From Octopus sinensis (lineage: Eukaryota), in the NCBI RefSeq assembly GCF_006345805.1, contig NC_043003.1, positions 81,220,001 through 81,284,000 of the forward strand: DNA of 64,000 nucleotides, written 5' to 3'. Below, one piece after another: positions 24,775-37,633 of the stretch (the stretch's first letter is position 1; every line of letters starts with the position of its first letter). Position numbers and translations under genes: made by a program. The notes under the pieces are model-generated. The model ran no database searches, was not told the DNA's origin, and saw only the letters and a program-made list of their open reading frames with translations.

Positions 24775-25310
24775 AAAGAGAGTGAGAAACAGAGAGTGCG
24801 GGAGAGATAGGTGCAAAAGCTAAAATACAGGCAGTGACAGTTTATGTAGGGAAGCTAAAGTATTGATATTAATTTTCTGTACCTAACACCTGAATTGTTC
24901 AAAGTATCACAAACGAAAGAGTGCACATGTGATTAGTCACACTTTTTGTTTCTAAGAGATGGGCAGCCATTAGTTTTAAAGAAGGTTGTTTATCATTCGA
25001 TGGCATATCAATTTCGTTTCTTGTAGCCAAATCTAATAATATGATTGAGCTAGGAGAAGTAATTAAGAAAAACTATAGAAACTACCCTTATCTATTGCGT
25101 ATGAGTTGTCCATAGTTTAGCACACATTCAGGAATGTTCAGCGGCTATCACAAAAGCTAAAGGTGGCATAGCGGTGTTCCAGCTTCTTGTTACATCATAA
25201 GGTACGATCTGTGTAGTAGCAACGAAATTCATGCCTCATCTGATATCTATCAGCCACCACTGAAATTCATGGCTCTCTAGCTATTTAGAGTCACGCTGTC
25301 TGAACGAACC

Positions 25311-25525
25311 TACAAGTGGGGGCTGAAAACTTCCTGGCTTTAAGGGTGTCCACGAAAGGTCCGGTTGGAGGCCCAAACTTCTAAGTTCTTTTATAGAGCT
25401 TAGAAAATCGGTACTGCTGCAACAAATGTGTGAATCAGAGATAGGAAAGCATTGAATAAGATCATAAGTAACAGTTCCTCTTGTAGTTTTTTTTTATCCA
25501 AAGAATGGAACATTCTTTGATATAC
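25311..25525 (+). mobile_element. Mariner-derived non-autonomous remnant (MITE-like)
   Basis: Left end ggggctgaaaacttcctggcttt with a weak inverted match at 25499-25520; internal LENRYCCNKCVNQR*ESIE* resembles the mariner C-terminus (RWxKCVxxxGxYVE*). Confidence 0.55.
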
Positions 25526-28500
25526 ACACACACACAGACACACACATATATAAATACATACATACACACACACATATATATATGTATGTACGTATGTATT
25601 ATGTTTTTATGCATGTAACTATGTATGTCTGTATGTAAGCACGTAGGAGATGACAATATTCGAAGAATTATAATTATCTTTGTAGCTAAAATCGATAACA
25701 CCCTTCAGGGTTTTGAAATGTCAAAATAACAAGCAAATAAGATAATTCGAATTATAGCTGTTATTTCAAATTTTTCGAAAAGACTGTGCGCTTAGATGTC
25801 TGAAATAAGAGGAAATTCACAAGTCATAAAATCTGACGCTGGGGGTTATACTGCCTTCTTCAGGGGTTATAGCACAACATGCTTCTGCTTTCTATTTTTC
25901 ATGGTAAGCAAATTTATTTATACTCATGAAACTCTCTTGAAGATACATTTACAGTTATTATGATGAGAGATTTTACAACAGTTTCCATATGTTGGACGTT
26001 AATTGTAGCATAAACAGAAATATAATAGATTAGTTGCGGCTGATGAACATTTATATTCTAATGTTAATCCCTTTTAGTGATGAAAGTATAGACTTCCCTA
26101 GATATAGTTTAATGCATATGTCATCGAATGATATATAGAAACATAACATACAACATCATCCCGTATACAATATGCATGATTTTTGCAACAAGCTGTATTG
26201 AGATCAAGAGTGATTTTAGAAGTAACACAGAATTAACTGTATATGTTCGGGTTCGTAAATTTTGGAGTCATAAGTATAGTGACATTTCGGGCAAAGTATT
26301 TTGTCTGAATCACATTTTTCAATATTTTTAGTGTCCTGAGTATATAGAAAATATTTATTTGTCCAAATGTATGCATGATTAACTTCCCCTGATATATGAA
26401 TCTATTCTAATCAGGATAATGTACTAAATAATATTTGCTGACACAAGACATTACTACCATCCTGTGAATTTTTATTTTTGATATTTTCTAAGGATCCTTT
26501 TTGTTGTCCAGAAATTATTACACCATGTTTTTCACTCCACAATCATTTTATAATTTATTCTTAAGAGAATACAAACATAACTAATTTATATAGACCTTAC
26601 AATAAATTGCATCCGCATCTTAGCTGTGACACATAAAATTGTTCATAAGCACAACGCTGTATAGTTATTTTCGAAATTCTGAGCCATCTGACCCACCTTA
26701 TATTTCTTACAGTATAATTCTGGCAGAATAAGTTGTTGATACATTGTTTTAATTAGCGTAATATTACTGAATATGGGATTTTAAACATTGGTAATCACTT
26801 CTACATATGTAATAACTAAGTATTTATTTTCTTCAATCAATAGTAAGCATTCATAAAATAATACACTCTTTTGCACTTATGACGATCATGTGTGTTAAAA
26901 GGTAATTAGCGGATAACCATTTGTTTCCTCCTCAAAGAATCGAACCCGTTTTGCAAACGCACAACATGCTATTCAAGACTCTATTTCAATAATATTGAAT
27001 AACAAAGCTACTTCAAATCAGTATACTCAATAAATTTAATTGGTCGCAGAGTTTTCCGTTCTTATACTTGCCTCCCTGAGGCAATTAAAACGTTGCTCTC
27101 TTTATTTAACACTTCTGCACCCATTATGATATATTCATTGACTAAATTAATTAAGTTAACAGTAAGAAATAATAGTTCTACAACTGTGGTTAATTTGATA
27201 AAAATATTTCATTTCATAAACGGATTGGTAAATGTCCATATGGGAGAAAATTATGCAAAATCAATATCTTTAATTAAGCAATAAATTCGTCAGTACCTCC
27301 CCAACATCCATAAAGTATATCAATTATATTTGATTCAAGGCTTACCTCATCCAATATTTGAATTTATACTTGCATCGTTTTTGTGAAAGAATGAAAATGC
27401 TATCCTTTCTTCGATAGAGTATATTTATATCGATATAAATATATATTATGGCACCTAGTTAAAAGGGTGCGTAATGAAGAATATGAGATATTTAAAGAGA
27501 GAGAAACATTATTCGACAACGCGTTACGATTGTAAAATAAACTTCAATTATAAATCATATTTCTGAATTTACACTCTACCGTCACTCCATACGTTATGTA
27601 ACTTCGATATATCGATTATGCAATTTAAAGCTATATTGAAAGTGAATTTTTCAAGTCAATATATATAAGAGGTAAAGAGTTTGGTATGAGATGTGTATGA
27701 ACTAATTTGACATTGGATTCATAAGATATTCGATTTACAATTTAGACAATTCATTTCACTTATTGTTATATATTCAGTATCTAAATGCATTCAATAGCAT
27801 GACAGTTGATTTGGCTATCTCAATGTATTAAGACAAACTTTTCAGAGAGAATTCAGTAATACATTAAGGTTTGTGAAACGTCTTCTGACATTTGAAGTGT
27901 GAATTACTTTAATATGAAGTTGTTATGAGAGATGCACTAACTCATTAGCTATCGCAATATAAATATATATTATAGCATTCATTGATTTTCATCAATGTTG
28001 TTAGACCTTCTGCCGCATATAAATATTCCGTTTTTAAAAGGAAACAGCGATGTTTATGGATGCCTTTCCCTGTTGGAAAAAAATCCACATCGTCATGAAT
28101 TTATTTTAGCTGAAACAGGTCTTCTGTGCTGTACAATCTATAATATTCTTCGTAAAAACTGCTACATTAATCAAAACCTCGTTGTAGAAAATATTCTGTT
28201 AATTCAAGAATGTTAAAAATCCAACAAAATTAATTGTTCTCTATAAAATAACGTTTCTTCTGCAAAGATTTTCAAAATGTATAAAATTAAAAAGGAAATA
28301 TTAGTATAACATTAATATGTGAATATTTAATTTAACTTAACCTTGATTGGCATGTAGTGGCTGTCAGGATTCTTAAGTGGCCCTCACTAATTGCTGTTCA
28401 TAGATAACTTTTTTCTAATATATGTCGTTTAAAATTTACTAACATAATATGTTAAACGTTTTAAAGGTAAATAAAAATATTTTTTTTTAAATGCCACAAT

Positions 28501-31321
28501 TTCCCCTCGTTTGTAAAGTACTTCACTAAATAAATAACTGATATTTATCTTATCAAAAACGACAAGTTATAGTTCTGATTTCTATAACTGCAATTAAGAA
28601 AATGCCAATGATTACTCTTAATATTCGTCATATATATTTCTTATTGACTTTGAAAATTGAGCTAATTATTCCATTTGATCTTTAAACGAGATTGCATTTT
28701 AAACATTTCAAAGTTTTCGTTGAACCTTTGACAGCGCATAATGTATAACCTGAAACGAGCAGCACACAGATGTGTGTCGTATAATTAAATGCCATACACA
28801 AGAAGGTATTTGAACTTCTGTAAGGAACATAAGCTTTCATTGATTTAGGAAAAGCTGATAGTAAATTTATTGTGAATTCCAAAAATGATAGTAAAATATT
28901 AGCTCTAGATGTCCATTCCATAGATGATATAATTCTTAAACTGTTGACCTCTATACGATCTATTTATGCTGACCCTAATGGGAAACATAACTGAAATTAA
29001 TTAGTCATATTATCAACAGATTCTTACAAGAATCAAGCTACCTATTCAATATTAAACACAGTGTGCATCTACAAAGTTTCTCTATCTGCAGTAAATAGCA
29101 GGCAATTTCATCCAACCACACATTGTTATTTTAGAAACGAGAGGATACATTGGGTAACGTATCTTAGATATGATAAAAAAAAATGGTGTTACATGGATGT
29201 AATGCTTCTAGATAATAAACTGAACAAACAAGGCTGAACTAAGGCTCTCTTTCACCCAGTTCTCTTTTTCAATCATTAGACTGCAGTTATGCTGCAGCCT
29301 GTCATCTGGATCAAACCTAATAGATGCTGACAAGCTTTTCTTTCCTTGTTTTGCGACATTATAGCGATGAAGGTTTAAATAAATCATGACAGTGTTTGAG
29401 TATAGGGTGTAGAGAGTAAACCTTGTAAAATATTAGGCTAAGATTATAGTTAATCTACTAACGACCTCTTTACGTTTAGAATGTTCAACAAAATACCTTC
29501 TATTCATATCTACTGGAGTTGAAAGCATATTCCTGTTATATAGTATCTTGTAAAGCATCCCTAACTTGACCATTCAGTCTTTTAACTGAGTGTAATTATG
29601 TCAAAATGTGTCCTTATGAAAAGACAGTTAGTTCTGGTTTGAATAAGATTTAACTGCCATTACTCGCAGCCCGAGCAAGCACGTAAGCTCAAGGAGCTGG
29701 ATTGCAGACTATCTGACATACTTCAGCAAATTTTAGCAAAATATCATTGTTATCATTGAGGGGGAGCGATTCCTTGTGCTACTGCAAGACTGTGCGGTTT
29801 TAAGATGAAGTGCCAAACCATAATTAAGAAAGACAGGAAAGCAAGTAAAATGACACAAAACGCTGAGCACAAAGATAAATAATTTGCGGTGTCATACACG
29901 ATGGTACGTATGTCTACTTTCCTATAAAGTTGCAGTTGAGTTTAGATTTTATCACTGTATTGTGAATAAAATACATATTCTAGATTGATTCAGTATAATA
30001 AGGTAGAAGCAAAGTTGGTTATGTTAGCAGTGAAAAACGGAACCATTACTGACTGTCAGCATATTATAGCAGCTCTGTCAGGAAAAATATTCGTCACTAA
30101 TAAATACTCGTAAATCCTTCAATGATCCCTCATTCTCACTCTTTCTCTTTCTCACTCACTCTCTTTCTGTCTGTCTCTCTCTCTCTCACACACACAGATT
30201 CACACATACATATACCTACACAAAGGGATTGAGATGGGGCTCACACTCATTCACAAAAAAACATTTCCGAAATAAATGTGATGTTGATTGGAGAATAGTT
30301 CTAAGAAAAAGAATAATCTAACATATACTTCATGCAAGTCAGCTAATTTTATAAATGCACGCGCGTGTGTGTGTGTGTATATATGACTTAGAGATACTGA
30401 GTGCAGGTATATGTTTGCTTGTGTGTATGTATGATATATATACATATATATATCGTTAGATAGATAGACAGACTGATAGAAAAACATACATACATGCATT
30501 CACACACATAAATATATATATATATATATAATTTTCAGGAGTGTAACTTTTCATTTAACATCTTGTGATAACACCACCGGTCTACTTTATATTGTGGATT
30601 TACATATATGTTTATGGTTTCCTTGCAAGTTATTACCGTAAACATCTAACCATCAGTCAGTCATTTACGATTCTCGGCCTTAGTGTTTCATCATTTGCGA
30701 GAAGCAGGCTTCGATCTTTTGGCAACCGCTTCATATTAGGCAGTGATGATATTTCGTAGATTTTTTAGTTTTATACTCTTCTATTTATACAGCAGCAAAC
30801 AGTTATAGCTTCAATTTTCTTCGACATTATTTCATTATATGCATACTTGCTACAGCATATGTGGTGTTATGAGAATTACATTCATCATAAATCATCTATG
30901 CGGTTTCCAGAATGGAATATATGCATCTTTTACTGCTTTTTACAAGTTGTATCAAATTGTTATATCATTTAGTGCATATGCAATTGAACGGTAGATGTTG
31001 TAAATTAATGGTAAATCGTTCGTTAAGTTGTAAGTTGTAAGCAAATATTACTGTTGGAGACCTGATATATAAGACATTTACATTTATGCACTCAAATACA
31101 TAAAGCACATTGGTCATTAACAACTTGTTACAAGATGAAAGATTTTGTGGTCCATTATTCAATAAAAGGCTTTGAATGTTAGTGTTTTTGTAGCATATAA
31201 TTAATTTTGATTTATGGAGTAGCGTATTTTGCGTCCTCTATATAAACACACGCGCGCGCACACACAAAAGCACGTTTATGTACTTGTTTTGCAAATGATC
31301 ATTTCCAATTACAACAAAACG

Positions 31322-31344
<23 letters not shown>

Positions 31345-31359
<15 letters not shown>

Positions 31360-31600
31360 GTTCAAATAAACGAATTAAATTAACGGACAAGAAGAGGTGC
31401 ACAAGAAGTGTATTAGCTTGACGCTCTTTGGAAAGAGAGTGCTTGACGTTTCGAGCATAGCTTTTGGTCGGAAAAGAGAAAAGGAAAATCTAAAGAAGTA
31501 AGAGAAATCGCCAATAGCACGTGTGTAATTACATATATATAACTGCAGTATCGGAGCATGGCCGAAGCTCTCGAACTGAAACTAGTTAACGAGTTATATA
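31345..31600. mobile_element. (TA)n-flanked Penelope-like relic
   Basis: ggtgcacaagaagtgtattagcttgacgctc aligns with ggtgtacaaaac...tgtattagtataacgctc at 43436-43470; contains acgtttcgagc; bounded by (TA)n on both sides. Confidence 0.5.
31443..31473 (-). ncRNA. Degenerate minimal hammerhead ribozyme motif
   Basis: Minus strand reads tttt-CCGACCAA-AAGC tat GCTC-GAAAC-GTC-aag: stem II, GAAAC, palindromic ACGT stem III, GUC site, 3-bp stem I; core 1 is mutated. Confidence 0.42.
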
Positions 31601-31635
<35 letters not shown>

Positions 31636-32978
31636 GTATGTATGTATGTGTGTATGTATGTAGCAAGTGGGAGACAGAGAATTCCTTGCAATACGCAGCC
31701 TAATCCTCTGCGCTCTGAGTTAATTTCTACGCATGTCAGCTATAATGTTCATTCTTAAAGTTTGCTTAAACAAAAATAACCCACTTTAATGAATTGTGGG
31801 CCTATTCGAAGTTTAGGACGTAATATCTTCTGGTATGTGTCCGGACCCGTACGTTTTATTATATATATATATATATACATTCACAAAACTTTGCATACAT
31901 GTTAAACTAACATCCCTTTCAATTATAGGATAATTGGACTTCTATAAAAATAGAGTGTGCGCCTTGGGGGATTTGGGCTGTTATATGATAAAATGAAAAC
32001 GGTGCAAAGAGCGTTACGTTGAGGTTAAATGTGGTGTCATCATAAGCGTGACTGATATCAGGGAGAGGGAGGAGACAATGAGAGACAGGGAATATGAGAA
32101 GACAGGGAGAGAGAGATATAGAGACAGGGACAGCGGGAAAGAGACGGAAGAGAACAGCGAATTCTAATACATTTTTTTTAAATGTTTACCTATTAGTTCA
32201 CGCATTTTCACTTTAGTAAATTTACTCAGTCAAAACTTATACTCAGTCAAAACGTTTACAATCTGTCCAACAACAGATGTTTTATATGTGTTTTCAAATC
32301 ACCGTATTCAAATTTGTTAAAACTTACTGAAACAATACTTAGTGAAACAACGTACTGAAATAATAAAACTATAAATAATGCCTTTCATTTTGTTCCATAG
32401 CTAAAACTGTTTCATTGTTATCATAAATTGTAAAATAACACACAACTCAATACAGCAGACGTAAGAATATAAAAACATTCAGAGTAGTTTTCTCTTAACA
32501 TTGCACCTTCAATACTACTTATATGGAATTTTACATCATCTCAAGATCCTAATGGCCCGAAAAAATATTCAATTCCATCTTCCAGTTTTCAACGCGTGTA
32601 ATTGTCTGTCTCTCGACTGTTGTAGAGTCTTCCCTGTTGCTGTCACATTGTGAAATTTTAAAATTAAGTCAACATTTTCAAATTTGGTATATTGAAATAA
32701 TTTTCCACGGGAAATCCGATTTTGTTATTTGGGTTTAAGGTTTAATCAATTTTACATAACCAGAAAACGGGATTTGGATGCAGGCATTTCCTGCATGATA
32801 GTTGTCAATCACAAAGTGAAAGCAAAATCATTACGGGGAGAAATGTGAAACAAAAGAAAGCAAGGCATTACGACGATCAAAGTTGTTTAAACTTCTGACG
32901 TTTAAATACGTTTTAATGAATAAAAACATATGAAACGGTCGCACAAACATGTTAATAATTTAAAAAGGAAAAATATCG

Positions 32979-33047
32979 TCAAAGCTTTGCGAAAAACTGC
33001 AGAATTCTCTCCTGAGCAAGAGGCCTATCTACCGGGGAAGGCATAGT
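32979..33047 (-). other. Candidate exon behind a strong acceptor
   Basis: tttttgctttttccatttcag|act atg cct...: TMPSPVDRPLAQERILQFFAKL*. No homology recognised. Confidence 0.18.
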
Positions 33048-33119
33048 CTGAAATGGAAAAAGCAAAAATTTGCATAGACATTCTATTGTAAAGATTGCCC
33101 GACAACGACGAGCAATTTT

Positions 33120-33222
<103 letters not shown>

Positions 33223-34694
33223 ACACATTTTTTTAATACCTCCTTCTGACAGCTTGTCCTACAATTCGATCCTTTAATCTTACCTTTACATATATATATG
33301 TATGTGTGTGTGTCTCTATGGATGTATGTGTGTTTGTGTAAACGGATAAATAGATAGACATTCAAAAACATAAAAATACCCCCATGCATGCACTCACACG
33401 CCTCTGTTCATGCGTATATGTGAATTTGTTTTATTTTCTTCTTATTTTCTAGGTATCATACACTCAACCAGAAGTTAAGCACGCTTTGACAAATTACTTG
33501 CAGCTGGAAATGATGTTTATATGAATGTATGTTTTATGTGCGTTTAATTATCATACAGAGTGTATATACTTACAGAAAGTTAGATGTATAGATAGATAAT
33601 TGTGTATGAATATTATTTTACATCTATCTGTGTGTGTGGACAGAATGCTATGTTGTGTGTCTCACACTGCATAGCAATATATAAAACTCAAAAATGAACT
33701 CAGCTTCTACAAACTGGCAGATAACATATTGGAAAATCGGGAAATATGTTGTTTTAAAATTAAATATATAGCATACAGAACTTATCGGACTGCAAAATGA
33801 AACTTTTCTTTCTGTCTCCCAACTTCGAATTTTTCAGAATTTTTCTAAGTCTATTTTTGGAAAGAAAAATCATAGAATCAACAAAAATAGTTGTATATGA
33901 TGTTAATTTATTTTCTGAAAAGTAAAAACGATTTCTCATTACTCTTTGAATAATTGCCTTAATAACAGTTAACAATGCTGCAAGACTTAAAGAAGAAAAC
34001 GTAAAGACATTTCATTAGGATACATTGATTTTTGCGGGCTTTTTTGTTCTGTTTTTTTTCCAGCAAAATGTCAAATAAAAATGAATTTGAGCTGTTTGGG
34101 TTTTTGAATTTTTGTAGTTTACTATATACAGATTTTTCAGCTCTATTTTGTAATCAATTTATTACATTTTCTAATTTTTCTTTTTGTTTCTTTGCTACAT
34201 TAAAACAAAAAAAATTGTACCTGATTTTGTTGTATTTTCCTTTTTTCAGTTGCGTTGATAATATTCCCTCCAAAGAACAATTCATTTTAATTGAGATGTT
34301 AAGCAATGTTTGAGGAACTGTTTGCTTGCTTAAAAAAATATATATCGCGAGCAGTTCTCAACAATATGGTATCATATGCAGATATATGCAATCGCAGTTT
34401 GTCACTCTTTACATCTGAACCAATAATATTTTATGTTATTTATCCTTTACGAACAAATGTACTTTTCTTGTTCAATACCATTTTCTAATTGTAATTATAT
34501 TTAGTGTTTAATAAAGTTTTAACTGGATAAATTTAGAATCTAAACACAGACGAAGAGCACACGAGTTATATAATACACAAATTGACTAAACAAGTTCATT
34601 TTGATTTTATCACTGAAATTAAGTTTTTGTTTTGCTTAAATCAATAATAATAATAATAATAATAATATAATAATAATAATAATAATAATCATAT

Positions 34695-34797
34695 TTAGCA
34701 CGTGGAGCAAAATGCTTAGAAATATTTCATCCACCTTCACGTTCTGAGTTCAAATTCCGCCGAAGTTGACTTTGCCTTTTATTATTTCGAAATCGAT
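34695..34797 (+). mobile_element. SINE family A partial copy embedded in an (AAT)n array, inverted relative to 34911-35013
   Basis: ttagcacgtggagcaaaatgcttagaa...gagttcaaattccgccg...ccttttattatttcgaaatcgat. Confidence 0.92.
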
Positions 34798-34823
34798 AAA
34801 ATAATAATAATAATAATAATAAT

Positions 34824-35025
34824 CCTACCTACTGTAAGCACAAGGCCTGAAATTGTGCGGGAAGGGTTAGTCGATTACCTCAAACCCAGTACGTAACTGG
34901 TTCTTATTTCATCGATCTCGAAATAATAAAAGGCAAAGTCAACCTCGGCGGAATTTGAACTCAGAACGATAATGTGAATGAAATACTTCTAAGCATTTTG
35001 CTCCACGTGCTAATGATTCTGCCAA
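34824..35025 (-). mobile_element. SINE family A, full length
   Basis: Head ggcagtgagttggcagaatcattagcacg, B-box gagttcaaattcc, tail ending in (ATT)n. Confidence 0.92.
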
Positions 35026-35374
35026 CTCACTGCCTAATTGATGATGATAATAACAACTAGATAATTATTTCCCTGCTGCATAAATATCAGGTTTCAGGTC
35101 CGACCTCGACATGTCACATCTCTACTTAATATTACGCTAATATTAAACATCTGTCTGTTAAGCACATATCCCTATTATTTTATTTGCAGTCTGTGTGAAT
35201 AGTTTAGTATATACTCATTCTATCTTCTTACTAATTTATCCAAGCGCACATTTCTCTAAACTGAACACTGGTACTAAAGACTTCCAGATACTTTCATTCA
35301 GTCGCTTTTCTCTATTCTCTCATTTACTTTAAATTCATCTGCCGTCTCTGCCACTTATTGAATAGCATATATCT

Positions 35375-35538
35375 ATTCTACTATAGGCACAAGGCCCAAA
35401 AGTTTTGGAGAGGGGCCCAGTCGATTAGATCGACCCCAGTATCGACCTCGGCGGAATTTGAACTCAGAGCATAAAGACAGACGAAATAACGCTAAGCATT
35501 TCACCCGGCGTGCTAACGTTTCTGCCAGCTCGCCGCAT
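35375..35538 (-). mobile_element. SINE family A, internally deleted, 17-bp TSD
   Basis: ttgaatagcatatatct at 35358-35374 and 35539-35555; about 50 nt of core are missing at cccagta|tcgacctc. Confidence 0.95.
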
Positions 35539-36423
35539 TTGAATAGCATATATCTGTTTTACAGCCTGTCTTTGTAGTTACCATCACTTCTGATTGTTAT
35601 GCACATAGATGCTCTTGGCCTCGGATTCTTCGCATGCATATTTGTCCGCAGCTATGCTAATTCTATTCTGTATATCTATTTTTGAAAATATTTTTTACTT
35701 TTATATATTATAGATATTTTAGGAAGGTCTATACAAAATTCTATTCTTCGGTATATTTGTCCACACATCGCACACAACCATCATCCACAACACAAAAATC
35801 TCCAATGTGCAGTTTTAGAAGTAAAAATACTTCTTGTAACATACAAGAATTCATTCCATCTTTTTTAAAATTCCTAAACTTCTAAAACTTCGGGGTTTTC
35901 CTACAACCGAAAATGCTGAAAAGCACCCACCAGAATGCACTTAATCTTCAGCATTTCTTCTCCTCCCTGCTCTAATTCTAATTTGACCCAGTAATTCAGG
36001 CGTCTTGTCAGGAGATTAATTACTTTGTAAAAGTCACTGTTACGCATACTTCCTCAACAAAAATGGCTCTGTGAATAAGATTTTTATTAATGATGCCATT
36101 GTATTTATTGTTCTTACTTAGCATATCGCATAAGTATCACTACTATGCGATATTTGTTTTCAATTTTGATGCCGTGTTTTCATTAAATATGATTTTGCGT
36201 GCATTCTACCTAGTAGAGAATTATTTGTGTTCACTGAATCATTCAATATGTTTTATTTCATGGTTTTAATATATTTTGGTGTACATTTCTTATTTACTAA
36301 AACTTGTATCATACTTATGCATTGAATAAGTACCTGCTTGTCTAAAAATGTAGAGAATACTTAATACATGCCGCTGATAAAATCTAAATGTTTTCAACAC
36401 AATTATATTTTCCTCTCTTGCAG

Positions 36424-36455
36424 CTTATGTAGCATTTGTGCTGCTGGGCAAATAA
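36424..36455 (+). other. Candidate terminal coding exon
   Basis: attatattttcctctcttgcag|ct tat gta gca ttt gtg ctg ctg ggc aaa taa (YVAFVLLGK*); no upstream partner identified. Confidence 0.18.
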
Positions 36456-37152
36456 TCCATTTAGATTAAATGTGTCTCGTACAGTATTCGATTGTGTTAT
36501 AATTCCGTCATGTGTCGCGTTTGAGTGTATCTCATTCAACTAGGAAATCACAAATATATTTAAAAATTCGATCAGTTTCATTTCAAAGCACCTCAATGCT
36601 CAGTTTTATTGAGAATCTAGTGTTACGTAAGATATTTGGAAGGAAGTATTGCATACATTAAATGTCTCAGGAGTCAAAGAAGGCAGAAGAAAAGACATTT
36701 TAAATGATACTTTTTAACGCTAGTATTGGTAATCACGGCTCATCATTACAGCCAGCCAACCGACGATTCATCTGGATTCTTAAGAGCTGTAAATGTAGTA
36801 AAATATCTTTTGGTTACCGTTGAGAGGGTTAATATTAATAAAACGACAAGTTAATTAATCTCAAAGCAATTTTTACATCAGGATCTCAGTTGAAATCATT
36901 CTTATGATAAATCACTCACGTGAGCTAGGCCCATGGAGCATCTTCTACGAGCATAGAACAATACATAAAATTTTACAATGTACTGCTGAAAGTTATTAGG
37001 GGAATAAGTTAGTGTTCCAAACTGGAAATATAACTAATCTTAGAAAATAGAAAACCGTACGTAAGGGGTTAAAGAGGTTACATTTTAAATTTCATAGAAT
37101 GTGTCAAAAGCAAATTTCAGATATTTATATTCATACTAACAGACACATATGA

Positions 37153-37247
37153 ATGTATGTATGCATGCATACATGTATGTATGTATGTATGTATGTATGT
37201 ATGTATGTATGTATGTATGTATGTATGTATGTATGTATGTATGTATG
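37153..37247. repeat. (TATG)n microsatellite
   Basis: Seen directly. Confidence 0.97.
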
Positions 37248-37633
37248 TCTGTGTGTTTACACACTTACAACACATACTTATTCCGATATGTGTTTGTGTC
37301 TGTGAGTAAGGTAGTGGAGTAGTTATGTAGAAGGTAGATTAATGATTGAAAAAAACTGACAAATTTAAAACAACTGAACACAGAAGTATTCCATCATAGA
37401 TATTCGGTTTATATTTTGAATTTTATCCCCAGAGCAAATTACTCGTCAGTTCTTTAATAGCTTATTTTCTTTATATTCATTCATGTAGTTGTATGTTTTA
37501 AGACTTTTTCTATCCAACTGTATCGTACAAAATTGCACGGTTATAGCACCTCCTTAGGTTGTTCATGTTTCCAAATGTATACACACGCACAGCCTCACAC
37601 ATATGTGTATGAATATATTTGTATACACACATA

